A stretch of 64,000 bases of DNA from Macrostomum lignano (taxonomy: Eukaryota), in the NCBI GenBank assembly GCA_002269645.1, contig NIVC01002131.1, positions 62,001-126,000 on the forward strand, in the 5' to 3' direction. Numbering within the stretch: position 1 is the stretch's first letter; each line of letters begins with the position of its first letter. A program made the translations under genes and the position numbers. Shown one piece after another: positions 45,666 to 58,700 of the stretch. The notes below the pieces were generated by a model that was given only the letters and a program-made list of their open reading frames with translations, was not told the DNA's origin and did not search any database.

Positions 45666-46410
45666 TCAACCGCACGATTCGTTTTCAACAGGATCTGGCG
45701 CGTCGGCAGCCTCGTCATCTCGGCTGATCTGCACTAGCGGTGGTGGCAAAGGTCGAGACTGCGACTGCTGCTGTTGCAACGCTCCGGTACGTGGTCGGGA
45801 AAAATTCGACGCCTGGCCTACACTGGGACCGTCTGAGTTCAAAGCGCTGTCAGCTGCAGCAGCTGAAATATCGATGGTTTACGGAAGTATACATAAATAT
45901 CGTCAATATGATTATTTTCGATTCATATCGGCAAGCCGTACTTTTTCATATAGTAATGCAGTATATTTTGTAGAATACTTTCGATACATATCGGCAAGCT
46001 GTACTTTTTCATTTAATAATGTAGGCTATATTTTAGTATACTTTCGATACATATCGGCAAGTTGTACTTTGCAATATAACAATGCAAGTACTACCTGCTC
46101 GCTGGTTGGTTCTATCTGTTGGACTCTGCAAGCTGCCTACGCTGGGGCTGGACAGGGAGCTCGACAGGTTGCAGCCGCCGCTGCCTCCGCTGGCCGCCAG
46201 GCTCAGCACGCCGGGAAAAGTCGGATTGCCGCCGCCGCTGCGCCCGGATTCTGAGTCGTCTGAAGGCAGGCAGGTCTCGACCATGGCCTCCAGCAGGTTG
46301 ACGAAATGCTCAGCATGGCCCTTGTTCTGGTTAGCCTGACAGTTTTGTAGCGGGTTACGAATAGTGCGGCCCACATAGGACTGAATACTGGATTCAGTGA
46401 AACTCGCCTA

Positions 46411-46453
<43 letters not shown>

Positions 46454-46478
46454 GCCTGCCTGCCTGTCTGTCTTAGTT

Positions 46479-46545
<67 letters not shown>

Positions 46546-46548
46546 GCC

Positions 46549-46601
<53 letters not shown>

Positions 46602-46604
46602 TGG

Positions 46605-46667
<63 letters not shown>

Positions 46668-46676
46668 ATGTCTGTC

Positions 46677-46738
<62 letters not shown>

Positions 46739-49700
46739 GGTCTGTCTCTGTCTGTCTGTCTGTAGCCACACCCACAGAAACAAGCCAACTCTGCTCAACC
46801 CCTCACCTTAGTAAACTGGCCGGAAAAGCGCCACAGACCGCCAAATCCGATGCTCTGCAAGTAACTGAGCTGCTGCTGCGACGGCTCCTCAGTGCAGAGC
46901 ATGTTCTGAATAATACTGTGCACTGCATTTAGTATTACATAATCGTGACAATTAGACAGAACATTGTTGATCTTGGCGTCAATCAGTGAATAACTAAAAA
47001 ATTGAAAAGAAAGAAACGCATTCGAAGATCCTGCAAACTGAAACAATTCAATCATAGCTCACGACTCACATGACGGGGAACACCTTGGAAAATACGACGC
47101 TTGCCTCGGCCAGATATTCGTATAGAATTTGAGACTCGTTCTCGTCAGTTGTGTTGCGCACCAGGGTCACCTGCGAGTTTTAGGTATTTTAAGGCGGATT
47201 AATGAGGCTTGCAAGATTAGGCTGGCCACGAACAACTTTTACCCCTCTGCCTAGGGAGTGTACATTGGCCACAAGCATCTCTTACCCCTCTGTCTAGGGA
47301 GTGTACATTGGCCACAAGCACCCTCTGTCTAGGGAGTGTACATTGGCCACAAGCACCCTCTGTCTAGGGAGTGTACATTGGCCACAAGCATCTCTTACCC
47401 CTCTGTCTAGGGAGTGTACATTGGCCACAAGCATCTCTTACCCCTCTGTCTAGGGAGTGTACATTGGCCACAAGCATCTCTTACCCCTCTGTCTAGGGAG
47501 TGTACAATGGCCACAAGCACCCTCTGTCTAGGGAGTGTACATTGGCCACAAGCATCTCTTACCCCTCTGTCTAGGGAGTGTACAATGGTCACAAGCATCT
47601 CTTGTCCCTCTGCCCAGGAAGTGTACACTGAAAGCCCCAACTAACCAGCACAGCCAGCATCAAAGCCTGGGTTCGCTCGTCTCTGATAACCTCCGCATTT
47701 AACAGCACGTTGTCGTCGTGACTGGCAGCAGTTGCAGACGCCGCTGGCGCACCGGCGCGGTCACCCATTCCCGACACCGCCGACTGGCCATTGTTGTTGC
47801 CAACGAAGCCGCTGGCACCAGCAGACGACGTCGACGTCGGCGGAGGCGGCGGGGCGGCGGCGGGGGCGGCTGAACGGGGGCTGGCGGCGGCTGCTGAGGC
47901 GAATTTCGAGCATCAACGCTGCGCGTCCTTGGCGGAAGGCCGCCGCAGCCGCTGCCGCTACCGGCACCGAGGCTGCCAGAGGCTCCGCCGGCGCCAACAG
48001 TGGCGCGCTGCGATTTCAACACGGCGCGCTGAGTCTGAATGTCAATCTCAAAGCTTTTCCACAATTTCATATTGGACGCGGTTGCCATGCCGACTGGGAG
48101 CACTGGGGATAGGAAATTAGCCTACACAGCCAGGGGAATGAAGGTGAAGAAGAGTGAGAGTGAGTGAGTGTACGACATTCGGCTATGCATAGCACAGCTA
48201 TTGTTGCGAAACACAAAATGGCTACTATATATAAATAAACACATTGGCTACACGTAAACAGGATTTAAGCGGGGACTATGTATCCACATGTATCTAGTAT
48301 ATCCATTCACAGGTTTACTAATTCTATTAAATTTATACCATCTTTTACATTCTGTTTTCCGTCTTGTGTTTCATACAGAAAGTCAGAATAACATGCTTAA
48401 GCCACACAGCACTACAGATACTAAAATAACTAGATATGCAACTTTTAACTTAAGGATGAAGAGCATCTACTCTTTTCAGTAGTTTGTTTGCACAGTATCG
48501 CTTATAAGTTCAATGTGGCAGACAAAAAGTTCCTTTCCTTCCTCCGGGTTAACAGCCTCAGGACCACATGGGGTTAAGAATGAACAACAAGCATTGAACC
48601 TCAATGTACACAAGTGAAGGCAAGACGGACAAAACTCAGCCTAGTGGGCAGGCCCAATCTAGCTCAGCCAATGAGAGACAGTGAGGAGACAGCTAGTGGG
48701 CAGGCCTAATCTAGCTCAGCCAATGAGAGAGTAGTAAGGAGACAGCCTAGTGGGCAGGCCTAATCTAGCTCAGCCAATGAGAGAGCAGTAAGGAGACAGC
48801 CTAGTGGGCAGGCCCAATCTAGCTCAGCCAATGAGAGACAGTAAGGAGACAGCTAGTGGGCAGGCCTAATCTAGCTCAGCCAATGAGAGACAGTAAGGAG
48901 ACAGCCTAGTGGGCAGGCCCAATCTAGCTCAGCCAATGAGAGAGCACTGGATTTGGGTGCAGTGCAGCTTCAAACAGATGCGAATTTTATGGGTCTGCTT
49001 GTAGAAAGCAAAAGTATGACTTTTGTCTACGGTTGTATCCACCACAAAACCCAAGCTCACTATGTTCACGTGATTCAGACTTTCCGCTAAGACACCTGCT
49101 TTAAGTAAACAAAAAAAACGGTCTAAATAGAATGCAATGGTATAAAATATCTATTAAAATTCCTGTTACCTAACACTAGAATTATTACATAAGCTTACAA
49201 AGCTCATAGTTCGACTGGTTATCACTAATGAGTGCAATACACCTATAACAATGGGATGCCAATGGGATAGGACACACAGTTTCGGAGCATACAGCACGTG
49301 AGAGACAATATTGTAAACACAAATGACTAAAAGCATTATAAGAACGAAAGGGCTGATCACACGTCGAAATATAGAATCGCACAGCAATTTCTAAATAAAA
49401 ACATAAAACGATAAAATATACTACTTAAACCAATATCCACCAGTAGTATTATCTATGCTAGATAATTTTAATTAGCCAAGAAGTGACTCGGAAGCGCGCT
49501 GGTTTCACGGTTTCTGCCGCATCCAAAAAACTTTTGATTTTGCGGCAGAAACTTAAATACTGCAGCCAAGCACTACTTATAGTAACAAGATGCAAAATAG
49601 GCATAAAGTGTGGTAAATTAGCAAGACAGACACGTTTTAAATTTGTGCCTAATTTAAATAACTATCCCAGCTCTTAAGCGAGCGTTTATTTGATTATTTA

Positions 49701-52700
49701 ATTTTTGTTTTTGTTATTCTGACAAAAAACTACTTAACAAAAATTAAAAGTTCTTCAAAATAATTATAGATTCTAAAATAATTTTTAAACTACTTCCATC
49801 ATTACTAGGGTTAAGCTAAAGTAGAGAAATTAAAATAGAAGTATTACTCTCTACATCGCTCTTCACTCCTCTCTAGATCGCTCATCCCCTCCTTCTAGAT
49901 CGCTGATCCCCTCTCTCTAGATCGCTGATCCCCTCTCTCTAGATCGCTGATCCCCTCTCTCTAGATCGCTGATTCCCTCTCTCTAGATCGCTGATCCCCT
50001 CTCTAGATCGCTGATCCCCTCACTCTAGATCACTGATCCCCTCTCTCTAGATTGCTGATCCCCTCTCTTTAGATCGCTGATCCCCTCTCTCTAGATCGCT
50101 GATCCACTCTCTCAAGATCGCTGATCCCCTCTCTCTAGATCGCTGATCCCCTCTCTAGATCGCTGATCCACTCTCTCTAGATCGCTGATCCCCTCTCTCT
50201 AGATCGCTGATCCCCTCTCTCTAGATCGCTGATCCCCTCTCTCTAGATCGCTGATCCCCTCTCTAGATCGCTGATCCACTCTCTCTAGATCGCTGATCCC
50301 CTCTCTCTAGATCGCTGATCCCCTCTCTCTAGATCGCTGATCCACTCTCTCTAGATCGCTGATCCCCTCTCTCTAGATCGCTGATCCCCTCTCTCTAGAT
50401 CGCTGATCCCCTCTCTCTAGATCGCTGATCCCCTCTCTAGATCGCTGATCCCCTCTCTCTAGATCGCTGATCCACTCTCTCTAGATCGCTGATCCCCTCT
50501 CTCTAGATCGCTGATCCACTCTCTCTAGATACTGATGAAGTGTCGTTTGAGTCGTGACAGTCACAGGGTACGTGGCCTGGATCTGGCATATACACGAACA
50601 TATAATTGTGTTAAAAATGTGTTAGGGCTAGAACAGGTGCTGATAGGGCTGGAACTCGGGCGGCACGGGTTTTCGCTCCAGCACCTTAGCGATGGGATAT
50701 TCCTCATCAATGTCGGGCTGGTAGGACACTGACGTGCCCGCAGACGGTCGCCAGGGCAGGTCAAGGGTCCGATTGTACAGCCGGTCGAAGTCGATGCCGC
50801 TGAACCAGGCGTAGAACCTGGCGGTGCGGCGGTCCGGCCGGCAGCCCGGCTCGCACAGCAGGCAGTCTTCGACGAAGTCGCGCGCCTCAGGCGACGGCAC
50901 CGGCCGCTTCACCGGCGGCGGCGCGGCGGCGGCGGCCATTTTGGCGGCGGACGTTGACGGAGCCTGTCCGCTGATCGCTTGGGCGTCTGATCGATGGGGG
51001 CGGAGAAAGCTAAATGATATCCTATGTAGGGATTACAGAGTTGTCCATATAGATATCTTTTAGATATCCATATATAGACCACATGCAGATCCTTTACAGA
51101 TATCCCATAGATATCGCTTATACGTAGAGATTCAATATACCGGTAGAGATCCTATACAGAGATCCCATATAGATATCCCACATAGAGATCCCACATAAAG
51201 ATCCCATTTAGAGATCCCATATATAGATATCCCACAAAAAGATCCCATATAGAGATCCCATATAAATACCCACATAAAGATCCCATATAGATATCCCATA
51301 AAGATCCCATATAGAGATGCCATATAGAGATCCCACATATAGATCTCATACAGATTCCATATAAAGATGCCATATAGAGATTCTATATAGAGATCCCATA
51401 CAGATATTAAGTAAAAAAATAGCATAGATATCCCAAAGAATTCCATAGGCTATCCTCATACAGAAATCCCACATCCCAAAACCGCAGATGTTTCAACTGA
51501 TGCAGTCTGATCCTCACCCAGCAGCCGCTGAGTGAGCCGGCGCCGATGCTCCTCAGCGGCCAGCGCCTCGGGCAGCAGGCCCCAGTCCACGCGGCCGTCG
51601 GCATCAAAAACGTCCTCCTGTTCGCAGAAGCACTCCTGCCTGAGCAGTTCGTACAGCACCAGGCCGAGTGCGTAAAAATCTACGGGACAGCCGTAGCCTG
51701 CAATTGAATGCATGTACAGTGTGCACACACAGTGCTTCAAGACCAATAGGAGGCTGCTACACTCTGACTCTCTACTGGAAACACTGTCTTCAGGTGTAAG
51801 TCTTATTTCACAATTAGGTCAAAGCTCTTCATAATTGAATCTAATTTATGTCCAACGTCTACTGTCTATCGAATTAGGTCTACTCTCGGTCTAATTAGGT
51901 TTATTCTGTCTAATTAGCTCTGCTCTCTGTCTAATTAGGTCTACTCTTTCTAATTACATGTAGGTCTACTCTTTCTAATTACATGTAGGTCTACTTTGTC
52001 TAATTACATGTAGGTCTACTTTGTCTAATTACATGCAGGTCTACTCTTTCTAATTACATGTAGGTCTACTTTTTCTAATTACATGTAGGTCTACTCTGTC
52101 TAATTACATGTAGGTCTACTTTTTCTAATTACATGTAGGTCTACTCTATCTAATTACATGTAGGTCTACTCTGTCTAATTACATGTAGGTCTACTCTGTC
52201 TAATTACATGTAGGTCTACTCTGTCTAATTACATGTAGGTCTACTCTGTCTAATTACATGTAGGTCTACTCTTTCTAATTACATGTAGGTCTACTCTTTC
52301 TAATTACATGTAGGTCTACTCTTTCTAATTACATGTAGGTCTACTCTTTCTAATTACATGTAGGTCTACTCTTTCTAATTAGGTCTGCTCTTTCTAATTA
52401 GGTATGCCCTTTCTAATTAGGGCTGCTCTTTCTAATTAGGTCTGCCCTTTCTAATTAGGTCTGCTCTTTCTAATTAGGTTTACACAGTCTAATTAGGTCT
52501 GGTTTTTGGCTAATTAGGTCTTCTCTTTCTAATTAGGTCTACTCTGTCTAACTAGGTTTACTCTGCCTTATTGGATCTACCTTTTCTATTTAGGTCTACT
52601 TTGTCGATTCAAGTCTATTTTCTGCATATTTAGGTCCACTCTTCTGCCCTAAGCTTCAACTAAAAGGCATTTCAAGCGAGTCAGCAGGACCCCAGCCGCG

Positions 52701-55700
52701 CACCTTTGCCATTAAAGTACTCAGGCGCCGCGTAGTACCGAAAACACGTGACATCGCGCAACGGCTGCCCATCCTCCGGCAGCACAGCCGTGATGGCAAA
52801 GTCGGTGAGCTTCACGTAGCCCCTGGCGTCGACAAGCAGATTAGCGGATTGAACGTCGCGATGCACACAGCCAACGCAGTGCAGGTACTCCAGGGCCAGC
52901 ACCGTCTGGGCAGCGATCGCTCTGATGGCGTCCTCCTGCGGGACGCAAATGTTGGGGGGGGGGCGTTGAAGCTCCTTCTTGATCAGATTGTCACTAAACA
53001 TCCCGGCTTAATCCCCATCGGATTAGTGTGATTTATTTTAACCTAGATGATTTCATATTAGAGTTTGTTATCATCTTCGGCTTAGGTTAGTCCATAGCGG
53101 CTTAGTTTCATCCATATCAGCTTAGCTTAATCCATATCGGCTTAGCTTAATCCATATCAGCTTAGCTTAATCCATATCAGCTTAGCTTAATCCATATCAG
53201 CTTAGCTTAATCCATATCAGCTTAGCTTAATCCATATCAGCTTAGCTTAATCCATATCAGCTTAGCTTAATCCATATCAGCTTAGCTTAATCCATATCAG
53301 CTTAGCTTAATCCATATCAGCTTAGCTTAATCCATATCGGCTTAGCTTAATCCATATCAGCTTAGCTTAATCCATATCAGCTTAGCTTAATCCATATCGG
53401 CTTAGCTTAATCCATATCAGCTTAGCTTAATCCATATCGGCTTAGCTTAATTCATATCAGCTTAGCTTAATCCATATCAGCTTAGCTTAATCCATATCGG
53501 CTTAGCTTAATCCATATCAGCTTAGCTTAATCCATATCAGCTTAGCTTAATCCATATCGGCTTAGCTTAATCCATATCGGCTTAGCTTAATCCATATCAG
53601 CTTAGCTTAATCCATATCAGCTTAGCTTAATCCATATCGGCTTAGCTTAATCCATATCAGCTTAGCTTAATCCATATCGGCTTAGCTTAATCCATATCAG
53701 CTTAGCTTAATCCATATCGGCTTAGCTTAATCCATATCAGCTTAGCTTAATCCATATCGGCTTAGCTTAATCCATATCAGCTTAGCTTAATCCATATCAG
53801 CTTAGCTTAATCCATATCGGCTTAGCTTAATCCATATCAGCTTAGCTTAATCCATATCAGCTTAGCTTAATCCATATCAGCTTAGCTTAATCCATATCAG
53901 CTTAGCTTAATCCATATCAGCTTAGCTTAATCCATATCAGCTTAGCTTAATCCATATCAGCTTAGCTTAATCCATATCAGCTTAGCTTAATCCATATCAG
54001 CTTAGCTTAATCCATATCAGCTTAGCTTAATCCATATCAGCTTAGCTTAATCCATATCAGCTTAGCTTAATCCATATCAGCTTAGCTTAATCCATATCAG
54101 CTTAGCTTAATCCATATCAGCCTAGCTTAATCCATATCGGCTTAGCTTAATCCATATCAGCTTAGCTTAATCCATATCGGCTTAGCTTAATCCATATCAG
54201 CTTAGCTTAATCCATATCAGCTTAGCTTAATCCATATCGGCTTAGCTTAATCCATATCAGCTTAGCTTAATCCATATCAGCTTAGCTTAATCCATATCAG
54301 CTTAGCTTAATCCATATCGGCTTAGCTTAATCCATATCGGGCTGGCTTAATCCATATCGGCTTAGCTTAATCCATATCAGCTTAGCTTAATCCATATCAG
54401 CCTAGCTTAATCCATATCGGCTTAGCTTAATCCATATCAGCTTAGCTTAATCCATATCGGGCTGGCTTAATCCATATCGGCTTAGCTTAATCCATATCGA
54501 CTTAGTTGAATAAACTCACCTTAAAATTGCTAACAATCCTATTGTCCTCATTTTTTTCATAATAATCCAACAGAGTTCCGTGCGGAAACTCCTCGAGAAA
54601 GACGCCAAAGTTGCAGTAGGCGTCAGTAAAGAAGCCCAGCCCGCTGCGCACAAACGGATGGTCGAAGGCGAACAGCAGCTGCCGCTCTGTCAGGCAGGCT
54701 CGAATCTGGCGCTCAAACTCGCCAGCCTTGAAGCCCAGAGCGGTGAGGTTAAAGTGCACCCGGCTGCAGGTGACTATCTTGCACCGGTAGAGGGTGCCGG
54801 TCTTGCGGCTGCGGAATAGAGGACAAACCGCGTGGTGGCCTGTGGAAGGTTGATGAGATAGTTCCTCATGGTTATAGCAAATTAAAAAAGAAGTAACCCA
54901 CAGATAACACAGAAAATTCCAATTAATCCCTGGCTCAGAGTACCAATTAAATCCTGGCTCAGAGTGCCAATTAAATCATGGCTCAGAGTACCAATTAAAT
55001 CCTGGCTCAGAGTACCAATTAAATCATGGCTCAGAGTACCAATTAAATCATGGCTCAGAGTACCAATTAAATCATGGCTCAGAGTACCAATTAAATCATG
55101 GCTCAGAGTACCAATTAAATCCTGGCTCAGAGTGCCAATTAAATCATGGCTCAGAGTGCCAATTAAATCATGGCTCAGAATGCCAATTAAACCCTGGCTC
55201 AGAGTGCCAATTAAATCATGGCTCAGAGTACCAATTAAATCCTGGCTCAGAGTGCCAATTAAACCCTGGCTCAGAGTACCAATTAAATCCTGGCTCAGAG
55301 TGCCAATTAAATCATGGCTCAGAGTACCAATTAAATCCTGGCTCAGAGTGCCAAATAAACCCTGGCTCAGAGTGCCAATTAAACCCTGGCTCAGAATGCC
55401 AATTAAATCCTGGCTCAGAGTGCCAATTAACCCTGGCTCAGAATGCCAATTAAATCATGGCTCAGGGTGCCAATTAAATCCTGGCTCAGAGTGCCAAATA
55501 AACCCTGGCTCAGAGTGCCAATTAAATCCTGGCTCAGAATGCCAATTAAATCCTGGCTCAGGGTGCCAATTAAATCCTGGCTCAGAGTGCCAATTAAATC
55601 CTGGCTCAGAGTGCCAATTAAATCCTGGCTCAGAGTGCCAATTAAATCCTGGCTCAGAGTGCCAATTAAATCATGGCTCAGAGTACCAATTAAATCTCGA

Positions 55701-58700
55701 TACAGTTAAAGCCGCTCACCTTTTCGAATAGTGTCCTCACGTTCAGCCAGCGCCCATTCGGACCAATTGATGCGGCCGAGCGGGCAGTGCTCAGCGTACT
55801 CAGCATAGGGAATCGCCATCCGCTGGCGGAACGCCCCCGGCCAGACCGAGTCTTCAAGCTGGCGATAGCTGGCCGGCTTGGCGCCCACCAGCTGGGCGGC
55901 CGGGACACGCAGATTCGGCTGAGGCCGGCTGGGCTCTTCGCCATCGTCCTCGTCATGGCAACTGGCTACGGCTGGTTGGCTTTTGATTACTGTACATTCT
56001 GCGGGGGTGGATTACAGATGCTCAAACCTGAAGACCGCTCTTCACCTCTATCTAGACCGCTCTTCTCCTCTATCTAGACCGCTCTTCTCCTCTATCTAGA
56101 CCGCTCTTCTCCTCTATCTAGACCGCTCTTCTCCTCTATCTAGACCGCTCTTCTCCTCTATCTAGATCGCTCTTCCCCTCTCTCTCTCTAGATCACTCTT
56201 CCCCTCTCTCTCTAGATCGCTCTTCACCTCTATCTAGACCGCTCTTCTCCTCTATCTAGACCGCTCTTCTCCTCTATCTAGACCGCTCTTCTCCTCTCTC
56301 TCTCTAGATCGCTCTTCCCCTCTCTCTCTCTAGATCACTCTTCCCCTCTCTCTCTAGATCGCTCTTCACCTCTATCTAGACCGCTCTTTACCTCTATCTA
56401 GACCGCTCTTCACCTCTATCTAGATCGCAATAAAAGCAGCAAATTACCATTCTCTACGCCCGAGTCTCCGTGGCAGTTGGCAGCAGTAGCAGAAGCAGTC
56501 GACAATTTTGACGTCTCATCCAGAAGGCTATCCTGGTTGTCGCTGGCGCTCAATCCGCTCATTTTATCACTTAAAGTTCTTTGATCAGTTTATTGTATTT
56601 GCTAAGCAGAGTAGAAGCACAGATTCTATATACTCCTAGATGGACCACTCCAGCAGCCTGGCCGCAGAGCGAAAACCCAGGGGTTCAGACCATAGACTAT
56701 AGCTTCTGCTGTGCTGCTCTCAAGCCTTAGCACTCGGAGGAAACCACTTGAAAAGCATTCGAATCTGACTGACATGGTCGCAGCCAATGTCTGTGGCCCT
56801 AACCTCGGGGTTTTTCGGGGCCTCAGAGACGGCCGCTAAATATGTATGACTGCAAATAAGCTATCCAGGCTATAAATAGTTGTTAGCTGCGCTTCAGCGA
56901 GGCTTGCGAGTCACCATGGCAACTACAGTGTATGATAAACATGAGCACATACAAGCGGGCAAATACAGTACTCAGGCACGCACTTGTACACACGCTCACA
57001 CAGGGTGTACAGCAGCCCTTTGACTTTCCAATCGTCAGACATGTACACTTTCTGTGCCTTGGGGCTTGGCTCTGATGGCTGTGCATCGCACGACAACTCC
57101 CCCCGGCCAATTTTTGAGCACAAAAGCCCCAAATGAATGCGGTCGCGAGGGGAACCGAACCAGGAACCAGGGGGGGGGGGGGGAGTCAGATGCGTTCACC
57201 GCTGCAGAGCCGCTCTTACCCTCACCATGACAACTAATTAACAAAACAAATTTCAACAAACTTGAAACAATAATTGCTACTCATAAATAGTTAGAAAAAA
57301 TGAGCAAACAGAACCGATTAAGAGTCCAAGTGAAAAGTGCAGCTGGGTTACTATGCAGGGAACATGGAACGGAAAGCACAAACTAACACAAGTGCGCGAA
57401 CAATTAAAAGGTAAAATCGGTGATTCAATTAGTTAAAATAAACACAAATTGCAATGTAGGAAAATGGGAACAAAAAACACAAAGCTAAAGCAGACAACAA
57501 AATGTAATTTAAAAAACACACACACACAAGTACACACAGATACCAACAGATAGTGGAGGCTTTGATGTTTTGACCAATTTAATGCTTGCTTCGAATTAAC
57601 AAGGCTGTTCGGACAAGTTGGTCATGAAAAATCTACTACAGAATGAAATTCAGGCAATTATTTTTTAATCGCCAATCGAGTAATTGCGGGGACTTCCGCA
57701 TGGCAACCGGTCGCAGCTCGCGCAATAACAGAGAAAATTAAACAGGTAAAATTAGTTGACAAAAAGGTGTAAAAAATAAGTTAAACTAGTCCATCCTTAT
57801 TTCATTCGATTTCAGTTTTATTTCAATATCTAATCTACAAGCCTTCTAATTTGATTTGATAGGTAGACAGAGGGATGAGATGGGTTGGGTAGGGAGCGGA
57901 CAGGTGGGTAGACTACAGACATAAGTGGGTAGATTGTGTAGATATGGGTAGGTAGCGGAGGTTGGTAGATAAATGGCGGACAGAGGTGGTTAGATAGTGG
58001 GCAGAGGTGGGCGGGCAAAGGTGGGTAGATAGCGGAGAGGTGGGTAGATAGCGAACAAAGGTGGGTAGATAGCGAACAGAGGCGGATAGATAGCGAACAG
58101 AGGCGGATAGATAGCGGACAGAGGCGGGTAGGTAGCGGGCCGAGGCGGGTAGATAGCGGAGAGGTGGGTAGATAGCGGACAGAGGCGGATAGATAGCAAA
58201 CAGAGGCGGATAGATAGCGGACAGAGGCGGATAGATAGCGAACAGAGGCGGATAGATAGCGGACAGAGGCGGATAGATAGCGAACAGAGGCGGATAGATA
58301 GCGAACAGAGGCGGATAGATAGCGAACAGAGGCGGATAGATAGCGGACAGAGGCGGATAGATAGCGAACAGAGGCGGATAGATAGCGGACAGAGGCGGAT
58401 AGATAGCGAACAGAGGCGGATAGATAGCGGATAGAGGTGTGTAGATAGCGGATAGAGGCGGGTAAATAGCGGACAGAGGTGGGTAGATAGCGGGCAGAGG
58501 TGGGTAGGTAGCGAACAGAGGCGGGTAGGTAGCGGACGGAGGTGGGTAGATAGCGAACAGAGGCGGATAGATAGCGAACAGAGGCGGATAGATAGCGGAC
58601 AGAGGCGGATAGATAGCGAACAGAGGCGGATAGATAGCGAACAGAGGCGGATAGATAGCGAACAGAGGCGGATAGATAGCGGACAGAGGCGGGTAGGTAG

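Noticed and set aside
43738-46932. CLSV/TDRQ ORFs
   Set aside because: Translations of (CAGA)/(GTCT) microsatellites.
56883-57259. Short minus-strand ORFs as an extra NF1 or kinase exon
   Set aside because: No homology recognised and no convincing phase-compatible splice pair.
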